Shown: positions 35,839 through 46,759, counted from the stretch's first letter. The stretch: DNA of 64,000 nucleotides from Holophagae bacterium (GCA_030429565.1 JAUIFE010000004.1:158848-222847), one strand, 5' to 3'. The notes: generated from the sequence alone by a model not told the origin. Made by a program: numbers and translations.

Positions 35839-36519
35839 ATGTTTCAGAACGCTCTCAAAAACATGATGATGGTTGCTTTCGCTTGCGTGCTCAGTGCTCA
35901 AGCTTTCGGTTCCTGCAAAACGAATTTTGTCATGATTCAAGACAAATGGTGCAGCGATGGCAGCGCCAAATTCTACGCTATTGGTGATTCCGGAATCACC
36001 ACTTGGAACTGGACTTTTACCATCGGCGGCCAAACGGCCAAATTCTCCACGCGTACCAACGGGGTTGATATCGCGATTGAAAACTTCGCGCCGGTTAAAC
36101 TCGAGCCTGGTCAGTCATACAAAGTGCGTATCGATACCTTCTGCAAAGGAACCGGCGAAAGCGCTTCCTACACCAAATACGGTACGCTTGGTTCTTCCTG
36201 TGTGCGTCGCAAAATGGGTCAAAGTGCACTTGAATTGGACCTGAACAGCGCAGAGCAAGAAGCCTTAGGCGATTATCTGACCCACCTGAACCACGCCTCT
36301 AAAGGTAAAGCCGCTTACTTGGCCGCCAACACCGGGAACCACGTTTTGGTGAATGACACCGATCAAGTTCAAAGCTACGTGCTCGTTGAAAAATGGTCTG
36401 GTGCTGAAATGATCAGCGGCGCCATCGAACTGGCCCCAGGTGAGCATTTCGAACTCGACGCGCAGAACCAAGAAATTTTTGTCTTCGGCGCCGGCGAGCT
36501 GTTTGCCCAAGACAAATAA
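35839..36519 (+). CDS. hypothetical secreted protein
   Basis: ATG 35839; signal peptide MFQNALKNMMMVAFACVLSAQAFG; 226 aa; no recognised family. Confidence 0.5.
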   Translation: MFQNALKNMMMVAFACVLSAQAFGSCKTNFVMIQDKWCSDGSAKFYAIGDSGITTWNWTFTIGGQTAKFSTRTNGVDIAIENFAPVKLEPGQSYKVRIDTFCKGTGESASYTKYGTLGSSCVRRKMGQSALELDLNSAEQEALGDYLTHLNHASKGKAAYLAANTGNHVLVNDTDQVQSYVLVEKWSGAEMISGAIELAPGEHFELDAQNQEIFVFGAGELFAQDK

Positions 36520-36619
36520 GTCAGCGACCTGCTACGTTGATTCGCGAGGCGGCCGGCTTTCCGGCCGCTTTTTGCATTTGGGCTCAACGGTGCTTGTCGA
36601 TTGGTTTGCTTGGGTTAAA

Positions 36620-37840
36620 ATGACCGCAAAAACGGAACAGCTCATGAAAAATCCGAAGCATGAACCCGAGTCAACTTGGCAGATCTTTTTAATTTTTTTG
36701 CGTTTGGGCCTGACCTCTTTTGGTGGGCCGGTTGCCCATCTCGGTTATTTTCGCCAAGCTCTCGTTGTGCGCCGCAAGTGGTTGTCGGAGAGTGCCTACG
36801 CGGATTTAATCGGCCTGTGCCAGTTTTTGCCAGGTCCCGCTAGCAGCCAAGTTTGTATGAGCTTGGGCTTGTTGCGGCGCGGTTATCTGGGAATGGCCTT
36901 GGCTTGGATCGGTTTCACCATGTCGTCCGCACTGGCTTTGATCGCCTTCGCTCTGACCGTGACCCACGGTCGCGCTTGGCTTTCGGCCGGTGCTTTGCAC
37001 GGCCTTAAGGTCGTTGCGGTCGCGGTCGTCGCTCAAGCGGTTTGGGGTATGGGCACGCGATTGTGTAACGACCGCACGCGCGTCACCATGATGGCCGCCG
37101 CCGCTGCTTTTGTGCTGGTTTTTCCCTACGCATGGGGCCAAATTGCCGTGATTGCGGTGGCCGCCGTGGTCGGTTTGCTGGTGTTGCCGACGCCGAAAAA
37201 CGACAAACACGAACCTTTGCCGTTTGCCGTGGGAACACGGACGGGTGCTGTTGCCTTGTTCCTCTTTTTTGTGGGGCTGTTGGGTTTACCGCTTGTGATG
37301 GAAGCCGTTGATTTCGGTGAGTGGCGTGCTTTTGACGGTTTCTACCGCGCCGGTTCATTGGTCTTCGGTGGCGGGCACGTGGTTTTGCCGCTGCTTCAAA
37401 ATGAAGTGGTGGCGCCGGGCGGTCTAAGCAATGAAACATTTTTGGCCGGCTATGGTGCCGCGCAAGCTGTTCCCGGTCCATTGTTTTCGTTTTCCGCGTA
37501 CCTCGGCGCAGCCATGGCCGGTGATGTTTCGCCTTGGCTGCTGGGTTTGTGGTGTTTGCTGGGAATTTATACGCCGTCGTTTTTCTTAGTTGTCGGAACC
37601 ATCTCGTTTTGGGAACGCATTCGCCGCGTTCCGAGCAGTCGTGCTGCTTTGGGCGGGATAAACGCCGCCGTTGTCGGCATTCTGTTGGCGGCGTTTTATG
37701 ACCCGGTGTGGACCGCCGCTATCGTGACGCCGGGCGATTTCGCGCTGGCGTTGGTCGCTTTGACCGCCTTGATTTTTTGGAAACTACCGCCGTGGTTGGT
37801 GGTGGTTCTGTGCGGCGCGATAGGCGCGATCCTGGGTTAG
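36620..37840 (+). CDS. chrA: chromate transporter ChrA (two CHR domains)
   Basis: FLRLGLTSFGGPVAHLGYF and FGGGHVVLPLL motifs in two homologous halves; start ATG 36620 or ATG 36644. Confidence 0.8.
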   Translation: MTAKTEQLMKNPKHEPESTWQIFLIFLRLGLTSFGGPVAHLGYFRQALVVRRKWLSESAYADLIGLCQFLPGPASSQVCMSLGLLRRGYLGMALAWIGFTMSSALALIAFALTVTHGRAWLSAGALHGLKVVAVAVVAQAVWGMGTRLCNDRTRVTMMAAAAAFVLVFPYAWGQIAVIAVAAVVGLLVLPTPKNDKHEPLPFAVGTRTGAVALFLFFVGLLGLPLVMEAVDFGEWRAFDGFYRAGSLVFGGGHVVLPLLQNEVVAPGGLSNETFLAGYGAAQAVPGPLFSFSAYLGAAMAGDVSPWLLGLWCLLGIYTPSFFLVVGTISFWERIRRVPSSRAALGGINAAVVGILLAAFYDPVWTAAIVTPGDFALALVALTALIFWKLPPWLVVVLCGAIGAILG

Positions 37841-37943
37841 GGCGTCGGTAATCCGCGCGCTCCGGGGCGAGCAACTTCGAGTCGAAACCGGAGGCGGGCC
37901 GGCACGCTAAGCCGTGGGCGGCCGTCATCCGGCCGCGCAACGG

Positions 37944-38921
37944 CTAGATTTGCTGCGTTAGGGGCAGCTCTTCAACCGCGTGACGGCCCGGTGGCGGGTC
38001 CATTTTGACCACGTGGTGTTCGAGCAACATGGCAACCGCCAGGCGACGCCGTAAGATGGTTTCTTCACCCAGGTTGAGGATGTCGGTTAGGGTCAGGCCG
38101 GGTTGGCGTTTTATCATGGCGAGCACTTTGTCGGCTGTTTCGCTTTGAAATTGACTGGGGATTTCGGGATCGCCGTCCAGAGGCCGCAAACGCGCGTCGG
38201 GATGAGGTAACCAGTGGCGGCGCAAGCTGAGTTCGTCCTCCAGCCACGCCGTTTCCATGACCACTCTTTGGAGGTCAAGACCCTCGGGGGTGGTGGCGAC
38301 CACACTGCCGGCGGCGGCGGTGTGGAACTCAAAGTAACCGTCCTGGAGTTCAACCATGCGTTCCAGCGCCGTATTGTCATTGGTGCCGGCGAAATGAGCC
38401 GAAACCAAGGCGCCGCCTTCCACATTCACCGTGCCGTTGTCCTCGCCACTCCACAAATGGAGAATGCCGGTTTTACGGCTTTCCATGGCGATTTGGGCGA
38501 TTTCAATAAAAGGGCAGGTGCGCAAACTGCCGCTCAAACCTTGTTTCTCTTCATCACGCAGGCCCAAGATCGCGGCTAAGCGGGCCGAAAGTTCGTTGAA
38601 ATCAAAAGGCTTTTCGATATAGTCGCGCACGCGAAGCCGGTAGGCGCGCGTGCGAAAGCGGCTGCCGCGCAGGGCGGAAACCACAACCACCGGGACCAAG
38701 TGATAGGCCGGTTCGCTGATTAACCGTTCCAGGTCCGCCCAGCACTGCCGGTTTTCAAACAACAATCCGGTCAAAATTAAATCGACCGAATTATTGGGGT
38801 CGCAGGACAGGAAATCGTCGATATGGCGAAACGAGCGAACTTGGTAACCACCGGCACGTAAATGGTCGTGAATAATGGTGCGTACCTGGTCGTCCGATTC
38901 GATGGTGACTAGAGACTTCAT
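37944..38921 (-). CDS. response regulator: degenerate receiver domain plus DUF4388 domain
   Basis: N-terminal REC-like region (VDLILTGL, EKPFD) followed by LRTCPFIEIAQIAMESRKTGILHLW...GGALVSAHFAG, typical of DUF4388. Confidence 0.6.
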   Translation of the reverse strand: MKSLVTIESDDQVRTIIHDHLRAGGYQVRSFRHIDDFLSCDPNNSVDLILTGLLFENRQCWADLERLISEPAYHLVPVVVVSALRGSRFRTRAYRLRVRDYIEKPFDFNELSARLAAILGLRDEEKQGLSGSLRTCPFIEIAQIAMESRKTGILHLWSGEDNGTVNVEGGALVSAHFAGTNDNTALERMVELQDGYFEFHTAAAGSVVATTPEGLDLQRVVMETAWLEDELSLRRHWLPHPDARLRPLDGDPEIPSQFQSETADKVLAMIKRQPGLTLTDILNLGEETILRRRLAVAMLLEHHVVKMDPPPGRHAVEELPLTQQI

Positions 38922-39165
38922 AGGTACCTCGCCTGCAAGCTTGGTTGTGAGGGTTGGGGTTGGGCCAGTTAAATTCTACAAAATGTGATTTGGGAAGGGG
39001 TGGATAAAAGTTGAACTGTGATTAAAGTCAAGTAATCGAAAAAGTTTTTGAAAACCACTCAAGCGCCGAAAAGCTGTGGTTTGGTGTGTCTTTTCACTTT
39101 CTGCTTAAGGAAAGGCCTTGTTTGAGCCGATACACCGGCTGTAACCACCATCGAAGGGGAGTCCC

Positions 39166-39837
39166 TTGGAATTTGTCAGTCAAGTGAGTCTTAATGAGGA
39201 CCTACGCGAATCCTATCGGCGTTTCGTCGACCAGCATCCCGACCTTTGGGTTATTTTTTTCTTGACCACTGGTTTTCCTTTGGGTTACGCGAATCGTGCC
39301 GCGCTCTCTTTTTTGGGGCGGCCGACGCTTGAAACTGACCCGGTTTCCTGGGCCGACGCCTTGGGGCCGCTTGATCCCGACGACACCGCCTTGTTTCAAG
39401 ATTTACGCGAGGGTCGCGTTCATTACGGTTCTTGGCGGCCTTCCCGCGCGACCACGGATCGCATTTGGTTGGAATCTTGGCTGACGCCTTTGCCCGATGT
39501 GGACGGTATGCCTTTTTGTGTGGTCTCCCGTCAGCGTATTCGCATCGCCGAAAAAACAACCGTTACAACCAGGCGGGTCACCGATGAAGCGCTCGATCAG
39601 GTCGCCGGTCAGTTCAGTACCTTGTATAACCGCTTGTGTGCGCTTAAGTACGCCACCCATCAAATTGAAACGGGGGGGGGTGATACACAAGGTGCCGAGC
39701 TCGTTCGGCTGGCGGTTGCCGGAGTCGAAGCCGAGTTGGCCAAGCTGACCGATCTGCCTTTGCCGGAGAGCGATGACGACGAACTCGGTGAACCGGCCGC
39801 GCTTTCCACGGCGGTTTCCCTTAGTGCCGGTCTCTAG
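39166..39837 (+). CDS. hypothetical protein with PAS-like region; contains a G9 homopolymer
   Basis: TTG 39166 six nt after AAGGGGA; PAS-like core (GYANRAALSFLGRP...DGMPFCVVSRQRIRI); nine-G run at 39672-39680 encoding TGGGD. Confidence 0.45.
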   Translation: MEFVSQVSLNEDLRESYRRFVDQHPDLWVIFFLTTGFPLGYANRAALSFLGRPTLETDPVSWADALGPLDPDDTALFQDLREGRVHYGSWRPSRATTDRIWLESWLTPLPDVDGMPFCVVSRQRIRIAEKTTVTTRRVTDEALDQVAGQFSTLYNRLCALKYATHQIETGGGDTQGAELVRLAVAGVEAELAKLTDLPLPESDDDELGEPAALSTAVSLSAGL

Positions 39838-39886
39838 GTCGCTAGAAAATTCATGCGCTTTGCAGCGGACACCGTTTTGGCCGGTG

Positions 39887-40579
39887 TTAGGGGGTTTTGC
39901 CTTTGGGGCTGGGTGTGATTTCCCGCGCCAGACTGCGTTCCCCAAAGGCGGTGAATTGGTCGATCCATTGCTCGAGCTGGTCGCCCAGGCGTGTTAGTTC
40001 CGTATCACGCGTTTCCTGTTCGGCGGTAATTGAAGTTGAAAACCCCTTTAAAAGCGACTGTAATCCTTCCAGTTGATCGCGGTAGGCGGTTTGCATGGCT
40101 TTGTCTGCCGACCGCGCGGCCGCCGGGCCTTCTCCGCTGCTCGGGAAGCTTCCTAGCAAAATGCGGACACCTTCCTCATCGGGCTCTGATACCTGTAGAA
40201 AAAGTTCGCCGGCAGATGACTCTTGTGACGGCGCGCCGATTTGGCAGCGGCCGACAAAAGTACCGCCGTCCTGGAGAATGCCCTCGATAAAGACCAGGGT
40301 GTCTCGGTCGGTATCCTGCTTGATTAAATCCAGTAAACTGAGATCACGCAAATCCATGGCTGAAAGATCGACCAGGCGGCGAAAGCCGGGATTAAAGAAG
40401 TGCCAGTGGAAGTGATGCTCTTTTTGCGTAGCAATAAAGACCGGAATGATGTCGAGGCCGAGCTGCGCCTCGAGTGCGGCGCTTAAGAGCTCGGGGTGTT
40501 TTTGGAAGTCGATCAATGCGACCGTCCCTGGCTTTGGCGAATTATGAAGCGATGATAAAGGTTGAATGAGAATTTTCAT
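39887..40579 (-). CDS. hypothetical protein
   Basis: ORF 39887..40654; start tentatively at MKILIQP (ATG complement 40577-40579), but no SD at either candidate start; acidic C-terminus; no motifs. Confidence 0.35.
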   Translation of the reverse strand: MKILIQPLSSLHNSPKPGTVALIDFQKHPELLSAALEAQLGLDIIPVFIATQKEHHFHWHFFNPGFRRLVDLSAMDLRDLSLLDLIKQDTDRDTLVFIEGILQDGGTFVGRCQIGAPSQESSAGELFLQVSEPDEEGVRILLGSFPSSGEGPAAARSADKAMQTAYRDQLEGLQSLLKGFSTSITAEQETRDTELTRLGDQLEQWIDQFTAFGERSLAREITPSPKGKTP

Positions 40580-41017
40580 CGGCGCAGTGATTGTGATCAC
40601 TAAAGCTGCTGAAAAAAGCGACTTTATCATGCCGGCAAAGAGTAACGCGCTCACTTTAATTTATTTTCACAAAAAAGAACATTTGTGGTTGACCATTGAT
40701 TTAGAAAGTTTTACCTTGAGAACATCCTATTCAAAAATTGAAATATTCACGGTTGGATTCGTTGTTTCGTCCTCCGCCTACGAAACAACTACCGCCACCT
40801 CTATCCGCTTGTTTCCGGTTCAAACAATCGCACCAATCGATAAAGATCTTGCGCGCGCTTGCGTGCCCAAGTGTTTTACCGATTGAGGCAGCCGGGACCT
40901 TTTCGGTTACATCAACCGCGGTCGCCGCGGTCTTCCGTCTCTACGCCGATCACAAATCAGATGTCGGTACGGGAGACAGGCGACGCCTAACTTGTAAAAC
41001 GTTTGGAGGAGCTAGTC

Positions 41018-41377
41018 ATGGCAAAAGTAAGTTTGGAACCACTTGCAGAGATCGATGGTTTTGTTGGAGCGGCGCTGGTCGATAGTTCCAGCGGCATGGT
41101 GCTCGGTTCGCAAGGGGGCGGCAACCTCAATTTAGAAATCGCCGCCGCCGGCAATACCCAGGTGGTTCAATCAAAGCGGAAAACGATTCGTTCGCTGCGT
41201 CTGGATGAGACGATTGAAGACATTTTGATCACCCTCACCAAACAATATCACTTGATTCGGCCGCTCGAAAAGAACGATGCCATCTTCATTTACCTAGCAC
41301 TTAACCGCGAAAAGTCAAACCTAGCGATGGCGCGTCACGATTTGAAAAATTTCGAGGCGACCCTCGACTTCAAATAA
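41018..41377 (+). CDS. Roadblock/LC7 (MglB-like) domain protein
   Basis: ATG 41018 seven nt after GGAGGA; about 119 aa with the [16 protein letters not shown] Roadblock signature. Confidence 0.7.
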   Translation: MAKVSLEPLAEIDGFVGAALVDSSSGMVLGSQGGGNLNLEIAAAGNTQVVQSKRKTIRSLRLDETIEDILITLTKQYHLIRPLEKNDAIFIYLALNREKSNLAMARHDLKNFEATLDFK

Positions 41378-41579
41378 CGTGCAATATCGGTGGTTTTGCC
41401 GGACCGGACCCTCGGGTAAAACCATCAAAGATGCGACTAAAAAACGCCCGAGTATTCGGTAGTATTTACCGACTCGGGCGTTCCTTATTTCTGCCGAGGA
41501 TATGGCGTCCTAACGGTTGGCATGCAGTGAGACCGGGCCGGCGCGCACCGCATTGTTTGGGACGTTGCTTGGGTCTCGG

Positions 41580-43310
41580 TTAAGGCGAAGCTTCCGCCGA
41601 TTTGCTCGGCTTTTGGCTCAGTTCAAACATCGCCATCTCCTCGGCGTTGCGCAGCAAGAGCAGGTTGTCGATTAAAACAGGATGGTTCCAGGTTTTCCCT
41701 TGTAAAGCGGGAATCTTGGCAAACTCTTGAAATTTCGTGCCGTCCGCGCCGACTAAAGCCAAGTCGCCGCTTTCACTGAGTACCAACAACAGGTCTTGAT
41801 CCGGCAGTAACAAACACTGACCTTGACCGTAGCGGCCGCCTTTCCAGGCTCGTTTACCGTCGTTTAGATTAACCGCCGCCATAATGCGTCCGTCGAATCC
41901 GAAGACTTGTTCGCCGTGGGTGACCACCGCATTGAAATAAACCTTGAGGCCGCGCGATTCCCAAAGCTGTTTGACCTGCCAATCGTCGCCGTCCCTGCTG
42001 ATTTCGAGCCGGAAAAGCGGTTGGCTTGAGCCCGCCGAAACCAGTAACTCGCGCTCATTGAGAATTTTGGGTAGCACGATGCCGAGGCCTGGCAATTCAA
42101 AAGACCACAGCGTTTTCCCATCGGCGGGATCATAACCGCGCAAGCCGTAACCCGAAACGAGGAGAATTTGTTCAACGCCGTCGAGGGTACACCATACGGG
42201 TGAGCTGTAACCTTGGTTGTCTTTTTCGGCTTGCCATACCGGCTCCCCGTTGGCGCGATCGTAGGCCAGCAAGGTGCCGGCTGCGGCTACGTAAACGCGC
42301 TGGTTATGGACCAGGGGCGAGCAAGAAAAACCCCAGCCAGGGGCTTCGACGCCGCTATCAGCGGTAATGTCGCGTGACCAAACCACGGTGCCGTCGCGCG
42401 CTTTCAGCGCGTTAAAGCGACCGGTAGCACCCAAGGTGTAAAGCATATCATCCGCGAGGGTTGGTGTGGCGCGCGGCCCGGCGCCGGCATTGGATTCCCA
42501 GAACCGCGTTTGGTCGGCGTGCTGCCAAACCGGTTCGCCGTCCGCCAACCGATAACAGGTTACCATTTCCTCTTGATCGCGCTGTTCTTGCGTGAAGAAG
42601 TAACCTTGACTGACGGCAAACGAAGACCAGGCGGGTCCAACGGGACGGCGCCAACGTTCGCGCGGCGGGTGATTTTGCCAATCGGTTTCGAAGGTGGTGC
42701 CGCTCACCGCGCTGTCACCCTGATTTCCGCGAAATCCTGACCAGGCGGGCGCAGCGGCCTGATGGTCGAGTTGGGCGATTTCCTGGCGGTCATCATCTAA
42801 CTGGGCGATAAATTGTTGTTCGGCGGTGGGTGACCAGCGCCAGTGAAAGAAGGCGTTGGCGCCGGCGTCGATACCGCCGGTTCTAACCAAGGTCCACCCC
42901 AAACAGGCGGCCGCGAGGGTGGCTACCATGGCACCGAAACGCAAGTTGGCGGCTGCGTTGCGCATTAAGGTCGCCCAAACCAGGAACACCAGGCTCGTCA
43001 CGGGGATGGAGACCACGACAAACATCATGCCCATCATGCCGGTGGCAACAGATTCGTGCAGAAGTTGGGTGGTGAGCATCATAAATAGGATGAGGAGGGG
43101 AATCGCGGAAAAACGTTCGAGTCGGGTGGCGCGACTGAAAAACAGCCACCACACCGCGAGCAGGGCACCGGCGGCGACACCGCCGAGGACACCGAAGTTA
43201 ATAAGGTCGGGATTGAAATAGGCGAGACCGTATCGGGAAAACCATTGCAGGCCGACAATGACAAAGGCCGGCCAGAGACGTAGGGCGGGGGGAGACGGGT
43301 GAGACGCCAT
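41580..43310 (-). CDS. membrane-anchored PQQ-like beta-propeller repeat protein
   Basis: start MASHPSPP with AAGGAG SD; about five N-terminal TM helices then at least six repeats of the x-DG-x-x-W propeller motif (RLADGEPVWQ, ARDGTVVWS, RANGEPVWQ, PADGKTLWS, LNDGKRAWK). Confidence 0.75.
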   Translation of the reverse strand: MASHPSPPALRLWPAFVIVGLQWFSRYGLAYFNPDLINFGVLGGVAAGALLAVWWLFFSRATRLERFSAIPLLILFMMLTTQLLHESVATGMMGMMFVVVSIPVTSLVFLVWATLMRNAAANLRFGAMVATLAAACLGWTLVRTGGIDAGANAFFHWRWSPTAEQQFIAQLDDDRQEIAQLDHQAAAPAWSGFRGNQGDSAVSGTTFETDWQNHPPRERWRRPVGPAWSSFAVSQGYFFTQEQRDQEEMVTCYRLADGEPVWQHADQTRFWESNAGAGPRATPTLADDMLYTLGATGRFNALKARDGTVVWSRDITADSGVEAPGWGFSCSPLVHNQRVYVAAAGTLLAYDRANGEPVWQAEKDNQGYSSPVWCTLDGVEQILLVSGYGLRGYDPADGKTLWSFELPGLGIVLPKILNERELLVSAGSSQPLFRLEISRDGDDWQVKQLWESRGLKVYFNAVVTHGEQVFGFDGRIMAAVNLNDGKRAWKGGRYGQGQCLLLPDQDLLLVLSESGDLALVGADGTKFQEFAKIPALQGKTWNHPVLIDNLLLLRNAEEMAMFELSQKPSKSAEASP

Positions 43311-43664
43311 GACGCGCTCCTTTAAAATTAGATAGATATTGTGTGGGGTTGGGGGGTCCGCTCTTCTCGAGCGAAAAACAAAAGACATTGCAGACGGCTG
43401 CGCCATCGTAAAGCAAGTGAGATTGGCGCGAAAAGGCATGGTTTACCGATGCATGCGTTCGGCGCGCGAGGTGGCTGCCGTTTTTAACCATCGCAAAGGC
43501 AACGCCGGCGCGGGTGATTGTGTTTAGTCAAATAACGGTTTTTTTTTTCGATGTGGCGTGTTCGCTGAGGTTATGACGTAATTGTTATCCTTTTGTGAAA
43601 TCTCTTGGGCTTGAAAGCAGTCTTTTAAATGCGCGATGATGGAAACACGCTGGGAGAAATAAAG

Positions 43665-44582
43665 ATGACGGTCGCCAAACCTAAAAAAGAAGACTGCATT
43701 TTTCGGGAATGGATGATGCTCGCTGATGAAGGCGGCAATGCGCCACAGTTTTCGAATACGCACCACGTCTGTGTCACCAAAACCATGTTGTGGCTGCGCG
43801 CCGATGCCTATGTCTTGTTGAGCGACATCCGGCGGATCACGCTTTATGAGATAGGGGGTTTGCCGAAACGCTTCGGCATTGAGATTACATTTTTTGTGGC
43901 TGAAAACGGTAGTTTTGCCAGATTGCGTTTGTGTTTTCATATCTTGGACATTCACTTGAAGGACAAGCCGCGGCGTTTACTGCATGTGCTGGAGCAAGCT
44001 TGTGCCAAACCCACCGTCCACATGGGGCGGCTTGTGTCCGAGAATCGACAACGTCACCTCATTGATCGTTCGTCCCTTTCGACGAGGGACGGCTTGCTGG
44101 GTTCTAAAGAGTTGGTCGGTTTAAAGATCATCAATCATATAAATTGCGATATCGACTACCGCGCCGAGGATCGCGACGATTTTGAGCAAGCTTTGGAGCG
44201 TTTGTACTTTTTACTGCAAACCCATCGGGGTGTCGTGTCCGTGCCGTCCCGTGAGGAGCTTCGAGAAATTATATTCCGGCATGTGTTGCTGGTGCGTTGC
44301 CAGGTCTATGGTCCGCTGCTGATTCGATTTGGCCTGCCGCTTATCTTAACCGTTGCTGTGGCTGGGCTTCTTTATCGCGATGGCTTTTTGGCCGAGCGTT
44401 GGGACCTGCTCGGCGTAAGTGCCGGGCTCGGTTATATGTTGTGTTCGCCCTTTGTGTCGGCCTTCCGACACTACGGCCTGCCGCTTATCCATCGGTTGTT
44501 GCGAATTCAGGTTTTACACGTTGAACACGCCGGCGAGAGCGGTAACGCTTCGGCGTCGGATTCAAATAAGAAGGCGCCCTAG
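43665..44582 (+). CDS. hypothetical protein with C-terminal TM helices
   Basis: ATG 43665 after GGAGAAATAAAG; 305 aa; two or three C-terminal hydrophobic helices; no recognised family. Confidence 0.45.
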   Translation: MTVAKPKKEDCIFREWMMLADEGGNAPQFSNTHHVCVTKTMLWLRADAYVLLSDIRRITLYEIGGLPKRFGIEITFFVAENGSFARLRLCFHILDIHLKDKPRRLLHVLEQACAKPTVHMGRLVSENRQRHLIDRSSLSTRDGLLGSKELVGLKIINHINCDIDYRAEDRDDFEQALERLYFLLQTHRGVVSVPSREELREIIFRHVLLVRCQVYGPLLIRFGLPLILTVAVAGLLYRDGFLAERWDLLGVSAGLGYMLCSPFVSAFRHYGLPLIHRLLRIQVLHVEHAGESGNASASDSNKKAP

Positions 44583-46759
44583 TATTCGGATATAAGGCGT
44601 TCCGAGTCCAATACTTGCGAAATGGCGCCGTTGCTGAGCACGCTGAAGCCGGAAATCCAGGGTAGTTTGCCCAGGTAGGTCGGCACGCTTTTGATGACGG
44701 TTTGTTGTTGGCCGACGACTTGATCGACCAACAAACCGCGACTGCCGTAGGTTGAGTAAACCACGACCACCAATCCGTTGGCGTAGCAGTCTTCTTCGGA
44801 AAGCACGCCAAACAAAAAGCCGAGTGGAATGGTGGGCACCAGTTCGCCGCGTATTAACAACATGGTGTTGCGGTCGATGTCCGGCACGAACTGATCCTTT
44901 TTGCACATAATCGTCTCGCGCACGGCGGGAATGGGGATGGTCAGGTAAGTGTTGCCAATGCGGACCAACATGCCCTCGATAATCGAAAGGGTTAGCGGAA
45001 TGCGGATGCGGAAACGCGAAAAAACCGCCAGTTCACTTTCGATTTCGACGTTGCCGTTGAGTCCGGTGATGGTGCGGTGGACCACGTCCATGCCGACACC
45101 GCGTCCCGAAATATTGGTAACTTTTTCGGAAGTGGAAAAGCCGGGACGAAAAATGAGGTTAAAGATATCGCTGGGCAACGTTGGTGGCGGGTCCGGTAAA
45201 ACACCGGTTTCACGCGCCTTGTTGAGAATTTTCTCTTGATTTAAACCGCCGCCGTCGTCTTCCAATACAATGTGGATCTCGCCACCGGATTGATGGGCTG
45301 AAAGCTTGAAGGTGCCGGATTCCGGTTTTCCAGCGGCCAATCGTTTCTGGGGACTTTCGACGCCGTGGTCGACGGCGTTGCGCACCATGTGGACCAGCGG
45401 TTGGTAGAGGTGATCGAGGATGGTGCGGTCGAGTTCGACGTCGGTCCCCTCCATGATGACGGTGATTTTTTTTTGCAGTTGGCGCGCGGTTTCGCGTGCG
45501 ACCAGTTTGAGCTTTTGGAAGGTCGCCAAAACGGGAACCATGCGCAGGCTCATGGCGATTTCCTGGAGTTCGCGGATGAGATGCGACATTTGATTGGTGG
45601 CGCGGCGCAAATCTTCGGCTTCGACATTGTTGAGGCTGGGGTGATGCACCAAGGCGTTTTCGGAAATGACCAGTTCGCCGACGAGGTTGCCGAGACGTTC
45701 CAATTTATCGACGTGGACGCGGACCTGGCGGTCGTTGCGCGGGTGGGATTCGGCTGCCGAGTCGGTGCCTTTCTTGCGACTGCGTTGGACGGTTAAAGCC
45801 TTGCGCAAGTCCTTTTCACTGAGCGCGTTCATGTCCATTAAAATGCGGCCCAGCGGCTGCCCTTGTTTGTGCAAAGCCTGATCGAGAACGGCCTGGCTGA
45901 TAAAGCCTTCTTCCACCAAAATCTTACCGAGGAACACGTTTTCACTGGCTGATTCACCGCGGTTGACCAGCCGCGAGATCAGTGATTCTTGGCGGGTCAG
46001 CATTTCCAGGTGGGATTCCGTGGGCTGTGGTAGTTTGGCGCACTCGATAATCGATTGGAGCGCGCGAAACATAATACCGATTAGGTTTTGGCGGGCCTCG
46101 TTGCCCAAGCGCGGTAATTTATTGGCGGCCTGCGTGATGCGGTGGGCTAGTAAGCGGACTTCGCCGGTCCCCAGCTTGCCCGCGTCGCGATCTAATTGGG
46201 TTGCTGCTTGTTTTAACGTGTCCCAATCCTGTTCGGATTGCGCGCCCTCGCGCGCTTTTTGCAGCAGATTCAGGAAATGTTCTGCATCGGCGGGAATCAC
46301 CTTGGCCTGGTCCGGTTTGCCTTTATTTGGGGTGCTCTTGGCCGCGTTGTCGCCACTTAAAAATTGTTTGAGTTTTCCCGCCATTTCTTTAATTTCTTCT
46401 TCATGGCCGGCGTCCGAACTGGTTTCACGTAGGGTGGTCACCATGCCGTGCAGTAGCTTGGCGAGATCGAGAAACAGGACGATTTGATCCTGGTGCAGCG
46501 CTATTTTTTCTTTGCGCAGGGCGTCGAGTAAGGCTTCCCCTTCGTGGGTGACCTCGACGAATTGGTTGAAGCCAAGCGATCCGGCGACGCCCTTAATGGT
46601 ATGCACGCCACGGAATAGAGCGTGGACACGCTCCATGGTTTCCTCTGATTGACCGCGCTCGTTGAAGAGATCCTCGGTTTCGACCAAAACCAGATCAAGC
46701 CGATCAAGGATCTCGTCGGCCTCACTGAGGAAGTCTTGGATCAGTGAGTCATCCTGCAT
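44579..46759 (-). CDS. cheA: chemotaxis histidine kinase CheA (Hpt-dimerisation-HATPase-CheW-like)
   Basis: Hpt motif HTIKGVAGSLG, dimerisation and ATPase boxes, C-terminal CheW-like domain; start MQDDSLIQDF (ATG complement 46757-46759); no cheW/cheY/MCP gene nearby. Confidence 0.85.
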   Translation of the reverse strand: MQDDSLIQDFLSEADEILDRLDLVLVETEDLFNERGQSEETMERVHALFRGVHTIKGVAGSLGFNQFVEVTHEGEALLDALRKEKIALHQDQIVLFLDLAKLLHGMVTTLRETSSDAGHEEEIKEMAGKLKQFLSGDNAAKSTPNKGKPDQAKVIPADAEHFLNLLQKAREGAQSEQDWDTLKQAATQLDRDAGKLGTGEVRLLAHRITQAANKLPRLGNEARQNLIGIMFRALQSIIECAKLPQPTESHLEMLTRQESLISRLVNRGESASENVFLGKILVEEGFISQAVLDQALHKQGQPLGRILMDMNALSEKDLRKALTVQRSRKKGTDSAAESHPRNDRQVRVHVDKLERLGNLVGELVISENALVHHPSLNNVEAEDLRRATNQMSHLIRELQEIAMSLRMVPVLATFQKLKLVARETARQLQKKITVIMEGTDVELDRTILDHLYQPLVHMVRNAVDHGVESPQKRLAAGKPESGTFKLSAHQSGGEIHIVLEDDGGGLNQEKILNKARETGVLPDPPPTLPSDIFNLIFRPGFSTSEKVTNISGRGVGMDVVHRTITGLNGNVEIESELAVFSRFRIRIPLTLSIIEGMLVRIGNTYLTIPIPAVRETIMCKKDQFVPDIDRNTMLLIRGELVPTIPLGFLFGVLSEEDCYANGLVVVVYSTYGSRGLLVDQVVGQQQTVIKSVPTYLGKLPWISGFSVLSNGAISQVLDSERLISEY

